Virus record (IMG/VR): IMGVR_UViG_3300033074_000450
Coordinates: 64,001 to 118,948 of that record
Source: a virus
Lineage: Duplodnaviria > Heunggongvirae > Uroviricota > Caudoviricetes
DNA length: 54,948 bases
Direction: 5' to 3' (one strand)
Shown: one piece after another, positions 33,656-45,100 of the stretch
Numbering within the stretch: position 1 is the stretch's first letter
Layout: every line of letters starts with the position of its first letter
Translations under genes and position numbers: made by a program
Notes under the pieces: generated by a model
What the model saw: the letters and a program-made list of their open reading frames with translations, nothing else
Told to the model about the DNA's origin: nothing
Databases searched by the model: none

Positions 33656-34031
33656 GAGCGTTGAGGGTCTTTTTAGATTAGAGTACATGGCCTATTGCAT
33701 GTCTCAAATGCCTCCCAAGGACGTACCGTCCACATTGGAGGATTACGTCAGATTCGCTAAGTTCCAACTTTCTGTGGATAAGCACCTTCTGATGGAAGAC
33801 CCTATTTGGGAAAAGTACACTGATGAACAAATCATTGTAGAGTTCATGGCAAATTTGTTCATGAAGAATCCCAAGAAGCTTGAAGAGTTTGAATCTAAAC
33901 TACTTGGTTCAGATGATAACATCTACGATTGGTTTGATAAGAAAATCGCTGAAAACCAAAAAGAAATGGCTAGTAAGATTGAAAGTATGGAAGAGAGCGT
34001 TAAGTTCGTTCCAGAAACTATTGGGGAATAA
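33648..34031 (+). CDS. Second tail assembly chaperone-like protein
   Basis: Immediately upstream of TMP; own SD GAGG. Confidence 0.6.
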   Translation: MSKSVEGLFRLEYMAYCMSQMPPKDVPSTLEDYVRFAKFQLSVDKHLLMEDPIWEKYTDEQIIVEFMANLFMKNPKKLEEFESKLLGSDDNIYDWFDKKIAENQKEMASKIESMEESVKFVPETIGE

Positions 34032-34034
34032 AGA

Positions 34035-36146
34035 ATGTCAAGACAGATTAAAATTTCGGGTGATACGTCCGAATTAAGAAAATCAATACTCGAACTGTCA
34101 AAGTTAGTCAATAAGGACCTTGGCAAATCCAAGATTGAACTCTTTACTCCAGACACTAAAAAGTTTTTAAGAACTGAAGCTTCTTCTGCAATGGAGTCTA
34201 TTAAGAAACAAATTGATTCTATTAAAACGTCCACAAAACAACATCAGCAAGCTTTGAATGAGGTTGTTAAAGGTTCTAAAGAAGAATTGAAGATAAGAGA
34301 GAAAATCCTCAAGGCTCAACAGCACATATCTAAATTGGAAAAGGACAGAAGTAAAGTTTCGGAGATGGCTGAACAAGTCACTCAACCTGGATTCATGAAG
34401 CAGTTCGGAAAGTTTTCTGGACTTTCTGCTATCCTCAAAGGTGCTAAGGGCATCGGTGGAATGGGGATGATGGGTGGAGCTGGAGCCCTTTTAGGTATGG
34501 GTGGAGCAGCTTTAGCTGGTTATGGAATCTCTAGAATCATGTCAGCTCGTCAAACCTATGGTGAGGGTATTGATAATAGACTCATGCTTCGAGGCAGAGG
34601 GGTTACTGATTTAGCTCCTACTGATACTCAAGGTATGCTTGGAGCTGGACTTAATTCGTTATCACTCAGACAAGCTCGTTTGAGGGATATGGATGTTTTT
34701 GGTCGTTCTGGAGCTACTCAAAAAGCTGTTATTCAACGTGCTCAGTTTGAAAGAAATTTTGGTATTGAAGAGGGAACCATGTCTGGAATCGGAGCAGGAC
34801 TTCGTAGAAGCATGGGTGGAGGAGGAGCTAGTCAAACAGTGATGAAGCTTCAGGCTTCCTTGATTGCAAGTGGTATCACTGACGCTATCGGACCTTACTT
34901 AGAAACAGCCGCATCAATGTTGACAGAATTGAATGAACGTGGATTCACTATGGATGATTCTGTCACTTCCCTTTTCAATTCTATGCTCAAGCTTGGAATG
35001 GGTGAGGGTAGGATTCAGCAATTAGCTATGGGAGCTGACCAAGGTATTCGTGGAGCCACTGGAGAATCAAACGCATTCTTCCAATCAGTCTTTAATAAAG
35101 CTGGAATCGGTGGAGGAACCATCGGTGGAGCCCAAGCCGCTATGCGTATGGGTGGACTCTTTGGAGTTGATTTAGATAAATACAAAGCCATGAGTGGCGT
35201 TGACCGTAAGATGTTTGAGCAAATGGGTATCGGAGGAGGCGGTCACATGCAGAATGTGGCTCAAGCTACTTTGGGTACACTTGACCAATTATTCGGTTCT
35301 GATAAAGAAATTTCTAAACAGCAAGCTTCAAAAGACCGTAATGTTCGAGAAAGCGGTAACTTAAAACGTATGAGCAGACTTCGTTACGTCATGCAAGCTT
35401 TTGGTCTTAAAGACGAAGGTCAGGCTTCTGAGACTGAAGGACTACTCCGTAAAGCTTCTACAGCGTCTCCAGAAGAACGTAAGAAAATCATGCAACAAAT
35501 TAAGAATCTCAAAGAAGATACTCCTGAGCTTCAGAATTTGAAAGCTATCAATAAATCAAATGATGGAATTTATAACATTCTTAAAAATCAACAGACCACA
35601 ACTGAGGATGCAATCGGTGAGGCTACTGCTGAAGCGTTTAATACCGCTAACAAGTTCTTAGCCTCTATTGATGGAGCCATCTTAGCTGTTGCCAAGTTCT
35701 TGACTGGATATCAAACTCCAGCAGAGCGTCAACAAGAAATTCAAGATGATATAAAATCTCAGCAAGAATCTACTAAGAAAAGAGCTAGTAATTTTCTTTC
35801 TATGGGAGGCGGTTATCTTGGTAGTAAAGAAGACCTTGCTATGGGTCTTGATTACGAAGAAGGTATGGCTCTTACTAAAGAAATTCAAAAAAGAGCTGCT
35901 GGAGAAAAGGATAAAGGTTTCTTTACTAAAAATAGAAGTTACGAGCGTGAGCTTGAATCTGGTAAATTAGACCCATATATCAAGGGACTCAAAGCTCTCG
36001 AAGGTAGAGCTGGTAAGGGAGACCAAGCAGCTATTAAGCAGCTTGAAGCTCTTAATGAAATTGCATTTACGAACAGAACTATTGCTAGACACTCTAAGGA
36101 AAAAGGTACTCTTAAACCAGGGTCATCTAGTACTACAGGAAATTAA
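34035..36146 (+). CDS. Tape measure protein
   Basis: Helical N-terminus, Gly/Ala/Met-rich hydrophobic segment, position after the chaperones. Confidence 0.85.
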   Translation: MSRQIKISGDTSELRKSILELSKLVNKDLGKSKIELFTPDTKKFLRTEASSAMESIKKQIDSIKTSTKQHQQALNEVVKGSKEELKIREKILKAQQHISKLEKDRSKVSEMAEQVTQPGFMKQFGKFSGLSAILKGAKGIGGMGMMGGAGALLGMGGAALAGYGISRIMSARQTYGEGIDNRLMLRGRGVTDLAPTDTQGMLGAGLNSLSLRQARLRDMDVFGRSGATQKAVIQRAQFERNFGIEEGTMSGIGAGLRRSMGGGGASQTVMKLQASLIASGITDAIGPYLETAASMLTELNERGFTMDDSVTSLFNSMLKLGMGEGRIQQLAMGADQGIRGATGESNAFFQSVFNKAGIGGGTIGGAQAAMRMGGLFGVDLDKYKAMSGVDRKMFEQMGIGGGGHMQNVAQATLGTLDQLFGSDKEISKQQASKDRNVRESGNLKRMSRLRYVMQAFGLKDEGQASETEGLLRKASTASPEERKKIMQQIKNLKEDTPELQNLKAINKSNDGIYNILKNQQTTTEDAIGEATAEAFNTANKFLASIDGAILAVAKFLTGYQTPAERQQEIQDDIKSQQESTKKRASNFLSMGGGYLGSKEDLAMGLDYEEGMALTKEIQKRAAGEKDKGFFTKNRSYERELESGKLDPYIKGLKALEGRAGKGDQAAIKQLEALNEIAFTNRTIARHSKEKGTLKPGSSSTTGN

Positions 36147-36148
36147 CA

Positions 36149-37693
36149 ATGGCTATTAAAACAGACATAAAAAATATTAGTAGTCAGTGTCAAGTGGTTG
36201 TCTTCAACTGGAAGAACAAGATTGCTCGTGACGAATTGAATCTGGTCGAGTTATCTGACTCTGAGCCTTTGGATATCTCTAAATACATTTTAGAGTGTTC
36301 ATTCTCTAAAACTATGTCTGACCCAGCAGGTACATTCCAATTCACTCTACCTAATGATAGGGATTGGAAAGATGTAATCCAAAGAGGATGTTGGGCTCTA
36401 ATTTATATGTCGCAAGACGGTGGACTGAGCATCCCTAAGAATTCAGATACTCCAAACATAAGTCTTTTAAGCGAACAAGGTAAGAAGCTTAGAGGAATTG
36501 TTTTTATTGAACGTGTAGCTCCCAAGGGCATGGTAGGTGGAGAACGAGGCGAGTTCGATGTAGAATTCATTGTTACTGGAAGAGACTTCGGAGTAGTTTA
36601 TGTGGAGAACGAGATTTTCTATAATAGACTTTATGCTGAAGGTAAGATTCAGGAAGCTGCTGCTGGGGAACTCAGAGTTCAATCTGTTAGAAGTACTAAA
36701 TCACTTTTAGAGACCTTTCATAAAGCTTTCTTTTCTCCACAAGAATTGGGAATCACTCTAGAAGGGGATTCTATTACAAAAGCTATTCCTCTACAATGGT
36801 TACTACCTGCTCAGTTATTTGAGGCTTTAAACCTCCAAAGGAAGAAATTTTCTGGTAGTTCTTATTATGGAAATATTGATGGTTTATTGAATTTTAGCGA
36901 CACGCTTTGTTCTTATCCTGTTGAAAACCCCATGACTCTCATCAACGGTAAGGCTTGGGATAAGCTTCGTTCATATTCTATCGAACCATTCCATGAGTTA
37001 TTTCCAGAGACCGATGATAATGGGTATCCTAGACTAACTTTTAGATATCTTCCTTGGAAGACAAGTAAAGGTAGGGCTTTGGGTCAACTAAATGAAAAAG
37101 TATTGGCTATGGTTGATGTACCTAGAGTTCAGCTTAAAACCGTTGACCTTCTAGAGTTTGACCTTGGAGAAGATACTCATTCTAGATTCAATTACTTCTT
37201 TACAGCTCTAGATACATCTCTTTTTACTGCTGAGAGTAGTGCAGCGATTTTAAAAGATACTGACCCCAAGACTGGTTTCCCACGAATTCAATCTAATAGT
37301 ATTCGACGAAACGGGCTTCGCTTGATGTACACTACCGTCAACGCTCTGATTCAGTTAGGTTCTGAAAAGGCTGACGAAGACTTACTGTTTTTACACAACG
37401 AATTGATTTATGAGTACTGGAACAACTCGGTTTTCTTTGAATCTGGAACCATGACTATGATTGGTTCTAATGAAGTCAAAATAGGTAAGGTACTTGAAAT
37501 AGAAGCTGGAACCCCATATAATGGAGGCAAGATATTCTATATTGAAGGATACACTGACTCTTATACAGTTAATGAGCAAGGAACTGGATTTTGGACTCAA
37601 AGTCTAAGCCTTACTCGTGGAATGTATCCAGGTAAAATTGGCAAACGTGGAGAGGACTATACCGATAACGGTGAGTTCACGGAGGATAAATAA
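36149..37693 (+). CDS. Baseplate hub protein (gp27/gp44-like)
   Basis: FSKTMSDPAGTFQF..., GRDFG, EVKIGKVL..FYIEG...TRG pattern; follows TMP. Confidence 0.8.
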   Translation: MAIKTDIKNISSQCQVVVFNWKNKIARDELNLVELSDSEPLDISKYILECSFSKTMSDPAGTFQFTLPNDRDWKDVIQRGCWALIYMSQDGGLSIPKNSDTPNISLLSEQGKKLRGIVFIERVAPKGMVGGERGEFDVEFIVTGRDFGVVYVENEIFYNRLYAEGKIQEAAAGELRVQSVRSTKSLLETFHKAFFSPQELGITLEGDSITKAIPLQWLLPAQLFEALNLQRKKFSGSSYYGNIDGLLNFSDTLCSYPVENPMTLINGKAWDKLRSYSIEPFHELFPETDDNGYPRLTFRYLPWKTSKGRALGQLNEKVLAMVDVPRVQLKTVDLLEFDLGEDTHSRFNYFFTALDTSLFTAESSAAILKDTDPKTGFPRIQSNSIRRNGLRLMYTTVNALIQLGSEKADEDLLFLHNELIYEYWNNSVFFESGTMTMIGSNEVKIGKVLEIEAGTPYNGGKIFYIEGYTDSYTVNEQGTGFWTQSLSLTRGMYPGKIGKRGEDYTDNGEFTEDK

Positions 37694-38709
37694 TGAGCAT
37701 GGAAAGACGAGATGGTTCAGTTCAATCTGCTAACCTACCAGCTTATAATAGATTATCCAAGAATAAAGTCGATAGAGACTTCGGTATCTATCGTTGCATG
37801 ATTACTCGTGTAAATTTTACTGATGAAGAATCCAACTTGACTTTTGATAACAAACAAGTGACTTATGAAGCCGTTATTCTTGGAGGACCCAAAGAAGGTC
37901 AAATTCTTCAGAACGTAAAAGCTATGGGTGATTACGGTGGAGAATTCAACTACGCTGAGAAAATCTATAGACCTATTGAGACTAAAAACATCAAGGACAA
38001 ACAAATCTCCGAACACAAAGGAGACATTGTATTTGTGGGTTTTCTACAAGGCAATAATCGTGCTCCAGTAATTATTGGAGCTGGAGTACAGCCTTTTGAT
38101 AAAGATTCTACTGGAGCCAAAAAAGCTGATGGCTTCAGAATGAGGAAACAGTATAACGGAGTCTTTGAAGAAATAAATAAAAAAGGTGAGTATGAGTTTA
38201 CTCGAAAGGGTGGAAAACTCAATGAGACTACTGGAGTATTCACTCCTGCCACATCTGAATTCGAGGCTCGTTTTAAATTCTTTGAAAATAAAATGGTCTG
38301 GGAAGACCCTAACTCAAGTATTACTTTTGAGAAAAAAGAAAAGAAACTTACTACAAAAGTGGGTGATTCTTATACAGAAACTATTGACGGTACTGCTAAA
38401 AAAGTTACCAAGATGATGGGTAGCGTCAAGATGGAATTCGATGACGCTTCCAAGAAGGCTACCTTTACCGCTGGAACTACAGTCATTGAAATTGACGGTA
38501 ACTCTGGTAAGATTAAATTGACCTCAGACTTTGTAGATATTGGTAAAGCTGTATCAGACTTCGCTGTTCTCTTCACAGAACTCTCTACTGCATTCAATAC
38601 TCACACGCATCAATACTTTCCTGGTCCTGGAGGTCCTACCCCAACTACTCCTCCAATGGCTCCATTACTTCAATCAGTGGCTTCAACCACAGTAAAACTT
38701 CAACCATAA
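37693..38709 (+). CDS. Central baseplate spike (gpV/gp45/gp5-like)
   Basis: OB-fold N-terminus (GDIVFVGFLQGN..PVIIG), beta-helix repeats, terminal HTH (HxH metal site). Confidence 0.85.
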   Translation: MSMERRDGSVQSANLPAYNRLSKNKVDRDFGIYRCMITRVNFTDEESNLTFDNKQVTYEAVILGGPKEGQILQNVKAMGDYGGEFNYAEKIYRPIETKNIKDKQISEHKGDIVFVGFLQGNNRAPVIIGAGVQPFDKDSTGAKKADGFRMRKQYNGVFEEINKKGEYEFTRKGGKLNETTGVFTPATSEFEARFKFFENKMVWEDPNSSITFEKKEKKLTTKVGDSYTETIDGTAKKVTKMMGSVKMEFDDASKKATFTAGTTVIEIDGNSGKIKLTSDFVDIGKAVSDFAVLFTELSTAFNTHTHQYFPGPGGPTPTTPPMAPLLQSVASTTVKLQP

Positions 38710-38721
38710 GGAGATTAGAAA

Positions 38722-39936
38722 ATGCCAGCTCCAGTATTATCTCCTGCTGAAATTGCTCAACTACAAGCAGAGAAAGCTAAACAAGAAAACTTCAGAGATG
38801 CCATGCAAGCGGCTGTTCCAGCTAAAACAGCTAGAGCTGCTGAACTTGCGGTAGCTGATGGGGGATTCAAAAAATTCTTCGATTACTACAATGATGACAT
38901 CATAGGACAGTATGACGCAGAACGTAAGGCTCTCAACGGACAATATATTGCAGCTCCTATTACTGAAGCCGATGTTGTAGGACCAGCAGAGGTGGATGGT
39001 TCAGTTAGAACTACTCCAGCTATGCCAGTCACCGATATAGTTAGGGTAGCCGAATTTGACGGTGGACCACTTATTGTGGACCCACTTAATGAAGTTCAAC
39101 ATATTTCTGACCAAGCTGACGTAGAAGATACTCTGGTAAATGGTTACGGTTCTGGAGGAGGTTTTAATCCAGCTACCGCTGTAACAGCTTCAGCTCTAAC
39201 TCCGTCTTCTACTTCTTTGGATGTCAACGACCCTACGAATGCCTTGACTATTGCAATAAATGACGTTTTTCTTGTAGTTGATATGGGAGACTTAGCTGTT
39301 GTAAAAGTTACATCAGTTACCGATAATATGGGTGGAGACCCTCCTTATGATTTTACTTATGGGATTGAACTCATAGTTCCTCCCTCTGGAACAATCTCTG
39401 CTGGAGCTAGTCTTGATGAATTCACTGGTTTTACCAACGGAGAACGTACTGCTAAGACCGCTTCAGACCCCGATTTACAGCCTTTGATGGATTACCTTAT
39501 TGACCAGTTAGAATTGCAAATCAATAATAGAATTGATAGGTTAGATGAACAACTGGTAGCTCTAGCTGCCAATCAAGACCCCGATGGAGTAGCTCAAATC
39601 ACTACCGCTACGACTAATGTAAATACTTCAAAAAACTTCCTGACCAATTATCTCCTGACTACAGATATTTCAGATACGGGTTTGGGAACTTTGGCTACGG
39701 AAAGAGGAGTTCGCAGTCCTCAAATCACAACTAGGCTTGCTCAGATTGTTGCAAATTTTACAGGGCAGACCGAAAACTATTTTGACCGAAGGTATCAGAT
39801 AGCTAATGACAGAGCCAATACAGCTCGTGGAACTCTGAGGCTTCAAAAAGCTACCGAACAATCCGTGACTGAACTTGGTAACTATGCTTCTGGAGCCCAG
39901 GACGCAATAGACGCTATTGATGCTCTACTCCCATAG
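38722..39936 (+). CDS. Putative baseplate/tail structural protein
   Basis: Position; helical ends flanking a beta-rich middle. Confidence 0.55.
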   Translation: MPAPVLSPAEIAQLQAEKAKQENFRDAMQAAVPAKTARAAELAVADGGFKKFFDYYNDDIIGQYDAERKALNGQYIAAPITEADVVGPAEVDGSVRTTPAMPVTDIVRVAEFDGGPLIVDPLNEVQHISDQADVEDTLVNGYGSGGGFNPATAVTASALTPSSTSLDVNDPTNALTIAINDVFLVVDMGDLAVVKVTSVTDNMGGDPPYDFTYGIELIVPPSGTISAGASLDEFTGFTNGERTAKTASDPDLQPLMDYLIDQLELQINNRIDRLDEQLVALAANQDPDGVAQITTATTNVNTSKNFLTNYLLTTDISDTGLGTLATERGVRSPQITTRLAQIVANFTGQTENYFDRRYQIANDRANTARGTLRLQKATEQSVTELGNYASGAQDAIDAIDALLP

Positions 39937-39956
39937 TCAATTCCCTTGTCTGAGAA

Positions 39957-39967
39957 ATGATATAATT
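39957..39967 (+). promoter_or_regulatory. Putative late promoter
   Basis: ATGATATAATT. Confidence 0.7.
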
Positions 39968-40002
39968 TAAGAAGACAAGATTTATATTGGAGATAGAGAT
40001 TC

Positions 40003-42102
40003 GTGGCATTTAATATATCAGGTTTAATCAATAACATATCGAAATCAGTAAGTAATCTGGTATCGAGCCTCACTGGTACAAAGGCTGGTTCTTCCTATTA
40101 TCCAAATAACGAGTTCACTAAAGAAGCTCTGACCACAGTAAATCCTGAGAATTGGCTCAAACTTCCCTTTCCATATTCTTTCGATGTCTTGAATACCGTG
40201 ACCAATGAGTTCGGTGATGGCAACGGTGGATTCAAGGAATTTCAACTTCCTTTGGCTCCGACCAAGATTAACCAGACAGAACACTTTGCAGTATCCATCA
40301 AGCCTACCCAAGGCGGTACTGTTGTTTCGCATTCTGGTAATAAATACAAAACCCTGACAATTTCTGGTACTACTGGTATCCAACCCTTTAGAGGAGCTGG
40401 AGGCGTTGAAAAATCTACAGGTAATGCTATTTTCCAACCCGACGAACTCAAATTCAAATCTGGTTATGAAGTCTTCTTACATCTTAGAAACTATTTCAAA
40501 GCTTACTACGAGTTCAAGAAAAATGCACGAGGAGAGGGTGGAGCCCAAAATCTCCGATTAGTATTTAAGAATTACAAGGACGGAGAATTCTTAATTGTGG
40601 AACTTCTTGACTTCCAAATGGACCGTCAAGCTGGTAAGCCGTTCTTGTATGACTACAATCTTACTTTTAAAGTTCTTGGACACTTCTCCTTTGTAAATAA
40701 AGACGAGAATCTTTTTGAGTTTGAAAAGAAATTAAAACAAGCCTCAGAAATCATGGATAAAGCTAGAGGCGTATTTTTACGTTCTCAAGACATTCTGAGA
40801 CAGATTGAATCTACTTACGAATCCACAGTATTGGAGCCTGTCCGAAAGGCTTCTCTTGCAATTAAAGCTTTCCAGGGCATTGGTCCTACTGCTCAAGATA
40901 TGGGTAATCGAATGATTACTAAAACCATGACTAGCGTTGCGGCTCTAGGCATTCTCGGTAAGATGGAAGGTTTCAAGGCTAACGTAGCGACTGGAACTGC
41001 TCCTAGTAGCACAGCTTTAGATAACACTACTCTGCCTTCAAAAACAGAAACCTCTTTAGACCCTGCTGGTTCAATCATTGGATTGAATGAGGGATTGAGT
41101 CTTTTAGCTCCAGAAGATTTTCCAGAAACTACTCAAACAGAACTTCAACAAGAAATGACTGACGTTCAAACCCTTCCTAGAAGCTTCTATGAAGACGCTC
41201 TAGAAGATATGAAGCGTGTTAAAAACAATGCTGAAGACTTTTTCGGCTTGGGTAGTGCTACCTATGATAATCTTTTTGACCGAACTTCTACAGTAACAGC
41301 AGACGTTAGTAAGGTAATCACTGACGAAGAATTTGATTTACTTGAAGCTTTTAATTTAGCTATTCGAGGACTTCAAAACATTTTGGCTTCAGATACTCTT
41401 TTCAAAAGTAATTTTGATGAAAGAATCCAGACTATTCTCGATAGCTTTGAAAACCAAATCGCTCTTAAAGCTTTACCAGCGGTAAAACAAATTGTGATGC
41501 CTCAGAATACTGATTTAGAAAAATTAGCTCAAATTCATTTGGGAAATTCTACTAGATGGGTAGAAATTGCAGAACTCAACGACTTACGGGCTCCATACGT
41601 TATTCAAGACATGAGTGACCTTACAAGCAACGTAATTCATCCTGGAGAGACTATTCTTATTCCAATCTCCCCCACAAGTGGTTTCTCGAAGCTGCCAGAA
41701 GGAAAAGAAATCACTTCTGGTCCAGAGCTTAATGAACTGGAGAGAAGTCTGGGAAGTGATTTAAAAGTTACCGAAGACTTCGATTTGTCTTTAGGCAATA
41801 ATGGAGATTTACAGATAGTTCGAGGAGCAGACAATGTGGCTCAGGCTGTTGTATTAAAATTAGCTTATGAGCCTGGAGAGGTAATGCGTTCTCCTGGTTT
41901 AGGAGTTGGCTTAGGAGTAGGTAAGAAATTCCCTCCATTAGGAGAGATTAAGGATAACTTGATTAGGTCTCTTACTCAAGACCCAAGGATTGATAAAGTT
42001 GAGAATCTTCGCTTAGAACAAAATAATTCAGAGCTGAGACTCTCTTTCGACCTCAAGATTAAGAAGGTTGATATTCCAGTCCCAGTAGTAATAAAGGTGT
42101 AA
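40003..42102 (+). CDS. Baseplate fusion: tube-initiator-like N-terminus, LysM and gp25/W-like domains
   Basis: LysM TDLEKLAQIHLGNSTRWVEIAELN..PGETILIP; gp25-like GADNVAQAV..L...PGE...DPRIDKV; GTG start. Confidence 0.75.
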   Translation: MAFNISGLINNISKSVSNLVSSLTGTKAGSSYYPNNEFTKEALTTVNPENWLKLPFPYSFDVLNTVTNEFGDGNGGFKEFQLPLAPTKINQTEHFAVSIKPTQGGTVVSHSGNKYKTLTISGTTGIQPFRGAGGVEKSTGNAIFQPDELKFKSGYEVFLHLRNYFKAYYEFKKNARGEGGAQNLRLVFKNYKDGEFLIVELLDFQMDRQAGKPFLYDYNLTFKVLGHFSFVNKDENLFEFEKKLKQASEIMDKARGVFLRSQDILRQIESTYESTVLEPVRKASLAIKAFQGIGPTAQDMGNRMITKTMTSVAALGILGKMEGFKANVATGTAPSSTALDNTTLPSKTETSLDPAGSIIGLNEGLSLLAPEDFPETTQTELQQEMTDVQTLPRSFYEDALEDMKRVKNNAEDFFGLGSATYDNLFDRTSTVTADVSKVITDEEFDLLEAFNLAIRGLQNILASDTLFKSNFDERIQTILDSFENQIALKALPAVKQIVMPQNTDLEKLAQIHLGNSTRWVEIAELNDLRAPYVIQDMSDLTSNVIHPGETILIPISPTSGFSKLPEGKEITSGPELNELERSLGSDLKVTEDFDLSLGNNGDLQIVRGADNVAQAVVLKLAYEPGEVMRSPGLGVGLGVGKKFPPLGEIKDNLIRSLTQDPRIDKVENLRLEQNNSELRLSFDLKIKKVDIPVPVVIKV

Positions 42103-42111
42103 GGATAATAT

Positions 42112-45100
42112 ATGGCTAAATTATCACTAAAATCAGAACGTCAGATTCAGACAGATATCCTGACGAAAATCATTGCGGAGCTTGGGTTGAACGATGTCAA
42201 CGCTGGTTCCGTCTTGGATATCATTACTCAAGCTGTAGCTCAAGAAGACTTTGCTCAATATGTTGCTATGGCTCAAATTGCTCGATTGGTTAATCTGGAT
42301 GCCATTACTGGAGAAGACCTAGACAATAAAGCTTTTGAATATGGACTTTCTCGTAGACAAGCCATTAAAGCTACGGGTAAGATTGATATTCTTAGACCTG
42401 AAAGTTTCGTAAAAGTATCTACCACATTCTTCGCTGGTTCTCCTGCTCCGATTATAGGTAACACTCAAATTGATGTCAATGATGCTTCTAGTCTCTTGAT
42501 TGGTACTTCTGGAACTCTTATTCTTGGTCGAGGAACTGAGAACGAAGAAGAAGTCACTTATGCAGCGGCTCCTACAAACTTTACTAACTTTTGGAGATTC
42601 GTTACTTCGGCTTTGACTAAAAACCATGCTGTTGAAGAGACTGTAATTCTTAAACAAGGTAACAATGAAACTATTCTTGCTGGTACATCAGTTAGAGTTC
42701 AATCTACTGGAACCAGTGCTGAAATCTTATTTAGGCTTAATGATGACGTAATTCTCCTTGCTGGGGAAGACCGTCTTACTGATGTTGATGTTACTGCAAT
42801 CAAAGCTGGGGAAGAAGGAAACATCCCAGTTAAAGCTATCGAGGGTGAGGGAGCTTTCCCATCTCCTCCTTTTGCTGGAGCACGAGCTGAGAACAACTCT
42901 AAATTCACAACTGGAAGAAATCGTCAAACCGACAATGAACTTCGAGACGCTATCAGAAATCACGTTCAGTCCCTTTCTCGTGGCGTTAAGCAAGCAATTC
43001 TGAACGCTATCGTGGGTCTAGTTGATAGCGAAACAGCTAAACGTATCGTTTCTGCTAACGTAATTCTCCCTCAAACTACTGCTGAACCAGTCAAAGTTTA
43101 TATTGATGACGGTGGAGGTTTTGAACCTAGTTTTGATTCTGAAGGATTCGAGACGGTATTAGGTAATTCTACGGGTGGAGAAACTCGACTTCAATTAGAT
43201 ACTAAACCTCTTGTAAAAGCTCAAGTAGAGAATAACATTGAAGAGCCCTACAATATGTCAGGTGGAACTAAAACGCTCATCTATAATATTGGAAGCGAAT
43301 CAGAAACCATTACTTTCTCAGGTGGAGATTTCCAATTTCCTGATACTGCTACAGCAGAAGAGATTGTAGCGGCTATCAACGATAAAGCCACATTGATTGA
43401 GGCTAGAACTAGCCAATCTGGTAAACAAGTAGTAATCTCTGCAAAACGAGATACTAACGAAGATATCCAGGTTACGGGTGGAACATCCAACTCGATTTTA
43501 GGATTCCCTACGGACCTAAAATCTACTCTTTTCCTTTATATTGATGATGAGTTGAAGTCTAAGGATGGAGAGACCGCTGTTCTGGATTCAGGCAATCAGA
43601 GCCCATACAACTTACTAGCTATCAGCGGTGGACCTTGGACCCTAACTGTGGTAGTGGATGGAAAAACAGCCAATCCTCAAACTGTTACGTTTCAGGTGTC
43701 TGATTTTTCTGATGCTACTTCTGCAACAGTTCAAGAAATCATTGCAGTAATCAATGCCCAGCTTGCTGGAGCTACTGCCATCGGAGTCAACAATAATACC
43801 AGAGTCCGTTTGGTATCTAACACTGAATTGTCGAGTTCTTCTAAGATTAAAGTCAACGGTGGAACAATCAATGACGTAACTAATGGTCTAAATTTTTCTA
43901 CTGTTGAAAAAGTAGGTAAAGATGGAGATTATACTCTTAATAGAGAACTTGGTACAATCGAACTCAAAACTCCTCTAATGGCTAATCAGTCTGTTTCAGC
44001 GGCTTCTGTATTTACAAGAGCCCGTTTGAGAGCTGGAGTAGCAGAACTTTACTCTCCTGCAAACGGTGAGACTTTAGTCATTTCTGTGGACGGTGGAGCT
44101 AACCAGACAGTAACTTTTGATGCTACTTTTGCTGGAGGTAAAACAGCTCAGGATACGGCTGATTTTATCAATGCTCAACTTCTAGGAGCTACCGCTATCG
44201 TAAGACAAGTAGGCGGTCAGAATTTCCTAGAAATCAATACTAATACTTATGATGAACTTAGCGGTTCTCTTGAGATTAAAGGTACATCTACTGCTAACGG
44301 CTCTTTTGGATTCACACTTGATGTTGAAGTAGTCAACCAACGTCCACATAAGGCTACTCAGTTGAGCCAATCTTCTGGACCTTATGGTTTTGCTGAAGCA
44401 GATAGCTTGGTTGTAATTTTAGATAACGATATCGTAAATTCTACTTTCTCCATCACAATGGATTATGATGCGGCTGTATCGAGTGGTACATCAACTACGG
44501 TATTCGCAGCTTCAACCTTAATGAATATCTTTCAAAGTGATGATGAGCTAGTAGGATTCTACGCAGCTTTCACTAACGGACCAAATACCACTACTGGAAA
44601 CATTGCAACAGTTTCAGACCAAACTGGAGATACTTGGAGACTTGAATTCTCCGCTCTTCCAACTGGTTTAGCTTCGTATGCTGCTGGGGATTTAGTAAAA
44701 ATCACTGGACTAGATTCTAGTTCTAACAATGGATTCTTCATCATTACCGCTGTAAATACAACTGGTAATGGTTGGATTGAAATTACGAATGAGAGCGGTA
44801 TAGCAGCTACTCTTCAGAGCGGTACAGCCCTACTCAGTCAACGTAGAGCAATTACAGACTATGTTGCCTTGACAGGACAGATTACTGTGGGTTCAGCTTT
44901 TAGTGCTACTCCAGTAGTTGGAAATAACTGTATTGTTCTTCCTTCAACCGTTCAAAACTTAGTTGATTTCATTAACAATACCAAGATTACTTCTTTTAGT
45001 CTAAAAGGTATTGTTGAGGGAGCTGACAATAATACTAAGCTTCAATTATCTTCAAAACTTAATGGTTCTGATGGATACATTCAAGTAAGTGGCGGTAAGG

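Noticed and set aside
34035-36146. Peptidoglycan hydrolase domain in the tape measure protein
   Set aside because: No lysozyme, transglycosylase or peptidase motif recognised; the TMP is short (703 aa) but otherwise ordinary.
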